Assembly: GCA_965207375.1 (NCBI GenBank)
Contig: CBDBMG010000003.1
Span: 256,001 to 320,000, forward strand
DNA from: Nitrosopumilaceae archaeon
GTDB taxonomy: Archaea; Thermoproteota; Nitrososphaeria; Nitrososphaerales; Nitrosopumilaceae
DNA length: 64,000 bases
Direction of reading: 5' to 3'
The notes under the pieces were generated by a model, which made no database searches, was not told where the DNA came from, and saw only the letters and a list, made by a program, of their open reading frames with translations. The stretch's first letter is position 1; each line of letters opens with the position of its first letter. The translations under genes were made by a program, and so were the position numbers. This document shows, piece by piece, positions 61,561 to 64,000 of this stretch.

Positions 61561-63404
61561 TGGCCTATTTTTTATTATAATTATACTTAATACACTTAAT
61601 CAAGGGTTGCAGACTGCATGAGTAGCTTAACTAGCTACCACTGATTTTAGCAAAATGCAAAGGATTGTAATTCCTTTGTCATTTTGTAAACTGTATTAGT
61701 GCTACTCAAATAGAACAGTCAGCTATTTATACCTGTCCTGATTTTGGCCTGTACCCTGGAGACAAAGCTCATAGCGGAGATATATATTCATTCAAATGTT
61801 CTAGCTATCTCATTCATTCTTCACTCAGGCTATTGCTCTGGATAGGTGGCAGGCACAGACTACAGGACCTGGCCAAACAAACCTCCATGTTTCACTAGCT
61901 TACTCTCTAACAGTCATGGCCAATTTTTTGGGCCCACTTTCTGTCTTAGAAGAAATTTTTGTTTGGATTAATTTCTTTTGGATAATTGATTGAAACTCAG
62001 AATGAAAAGTGGTGTTTTCCCTATGTGATATCCCATTTCTTGAAGATTATGGAGCACTTGTCCATAACATTACAATTTTTGCCTTCCACTATAGCACGTT
62101 CAACACGATGGCCATTATAAAGTAGACCTTCACCCAACAACTTTTCCCAGTGCATGCCCCACGTGAGTTACTCAACATGGTTCAACTGGCAAATATTTAT
62201 GTATACAAGAAGTGTACCTTTGTTGAGGCCATTGCTAAATGCTGCAGTATTCCATTCAGTGCTGGAATAAATATTATAACACTTACTTTTTGTAGGTGCT
62301 GTTTGGTGTGATTCTTTTGAGATATACAACTGCTAAAATCAGTTTCACAGTGTACTGACACATTCAAAATAAAGATATATAATAGCCTATTTGAAACTCA
62401 AAGTATTACTAGGAACCCATGAGTATAGAAGCAAGGGGAACATTAAAATGCAGATACTGTTTACGTGCATGTGGAATCATATCATTATAGTGAGTTGTAA
62501 AACCGTATGTTACCATTTTGGGTACTATATATGCTACATAAAAACTATCAGCCACATGGTAGCTATGCATTAGAGGGCATACTTTGTATACCTGTGAGAA
62601 GTTCATTGATATGTTCAGTAACAAACAGCAGCAATATTGTATGTTAAAATGTTATTTCAATATACAGTTATGATTACACAAGTACAACCTGCATAACAAA
62701 CACTCCACAATAACTCCAACTAAACTGCTGTGCATATTTGCAAACGCATGGTGACATGCTACAATATAATTATACTTTTGGTATAGTGAATTGGCATTCA
62801 TTCCAATTGAAAGGGGATGACCCCAGAAGTACTCCTTGGAACTCTCTACAAGTTAAAACACCATATGTTTATTTATGCCCTCCAACACATACACAAGCTA
62901 CATAGCTCCACATAATTGCACCGGATTCAAAATAAATGCATGAGTCTGGTCTCAGTGAATCATAATAATCCATTGTGGGCTTAATTACCTTGAATTAAAA
63001 TAAATCATAGTTATGATGTACTTTAGGGGGTTAGCCGAGCGGGGTTAGCTGAATACCATAAATGTCCAGTGGTTGTAACCAGGGTTTAAGTACCATAAAA
63101 CGACATCTGTGCCAACTATGTCCTAGTAATGTTATGAGCAGCAATGTTAAATTTAACGTCACCTTCAGGCCTGTTCTCCCAAAACTTTGCTGCTTCCCTG
63201 TGTCCCTTTTTAATGAATGCATCAAGATATTGATTTGACATTGCCTCAATTTTGCTTAATATGGCCCATATTCAAGGTGATGCAAATGCTGAATACTTTA
63301 ATGACATCACTAACCTGTTTAGCTGTAGACACAAAAAAGACACTTTTGGGTCGGGCGTATGGCATGCTGTTTGTAACAAAAATCCTAACTTAGAAGGACT
63401 CCTT

Positions 63405-63565
63405 CTAATCTTACAAGGACTCCTCATAGCTTATAAGGACTCCCGGTAACGTTACAGCGACTCCTCCTAAGAAAAAATTACAAGGAGTCCTCCTAAGCAA
63501 GTTCCTTACAAGGACTCCTCCTATCTTACAAGGACTTCTCCTAACAAGCCAAAGACTCCTTCTAA
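63405..63565. repeat. Degenerate tandem repeat (ttacaaggactcctc)n
   Basis: Directly visible recurring aggactcct units. Confidence 0.7.
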
Positions 63566-64000
63566 AATTACATAATTCCTAATGCGGCGCTACCGAGGGT
63601 GCTTATGCAAGAGATTCGTTTTCTGATAAAGATTTGAAAGTTGGTAAGTTGTTGAGGATTAATTGTTGGCTATAGGAGGTGAGCAAAATACACGTGCATG
63701 TTATCGTATTAACCCACACTTCACCATAGTAATCATGTGGCTACACGGATCTGTGGTAAATTACAGGCAATGGCAGGGGATAGGTACATACTAATAAACA
63801 TACTCTAATAGAGCAATCTAATACTCTAATAGAGCAATCTAATACTCTAATAGAGCAGTCATTTACCACAAGTTGTAAAATATAATGCGAGTTACTCATG
63901 ATCATAAACTAGCATATGTATATATACATGATAATATTGTTCCTCCGCCACTGATCCACTGATTGGAGGTGGTTTTGTGTGTGGCACTCCATCAAACCTT

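Overview
AT-rich, repeat-dense eukaryotic DNA. Many ~45-60 nt GT-AG introns, the gene content and the abundant MITEs and microsatellites point to an animal, plausibly a sponge (inference). Manual splicing supports four + strand genes. (1) A complete GREB1/GREB1L-family gene with 11 coding exons (10610-24963, ~2060 aa). (2) A small gene with one or two death-fold (CARD-like) domains (from 25340). (3) An intact 3-exon IS3EU/IS481-like DDE transposase/integrase (38207-41183, 487 aa). (4) A 12-exon G2E3-like HECT E3 ubiquitin ligase with UBZ-like and UIM-like motifs (46861-59838); it has a 1-nt frameshift in a C7 run just before the catalytic Cys. A MAPK15/ERK7-like first coding exon lies head-to-head with GREB1. 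The rest is non-autonomous Helitron, Helentron/HINE-like, hAT-like, piggyBac-like and TGTGAC-ended elements, often nested, plus mini- and microsatellites. The most interesting hypothesis is that the transposase and HECT ligase form one large cargo-carrying DNA transposon, but I could not find its termini. All family assignments come from remembered motifs, not from database searches.
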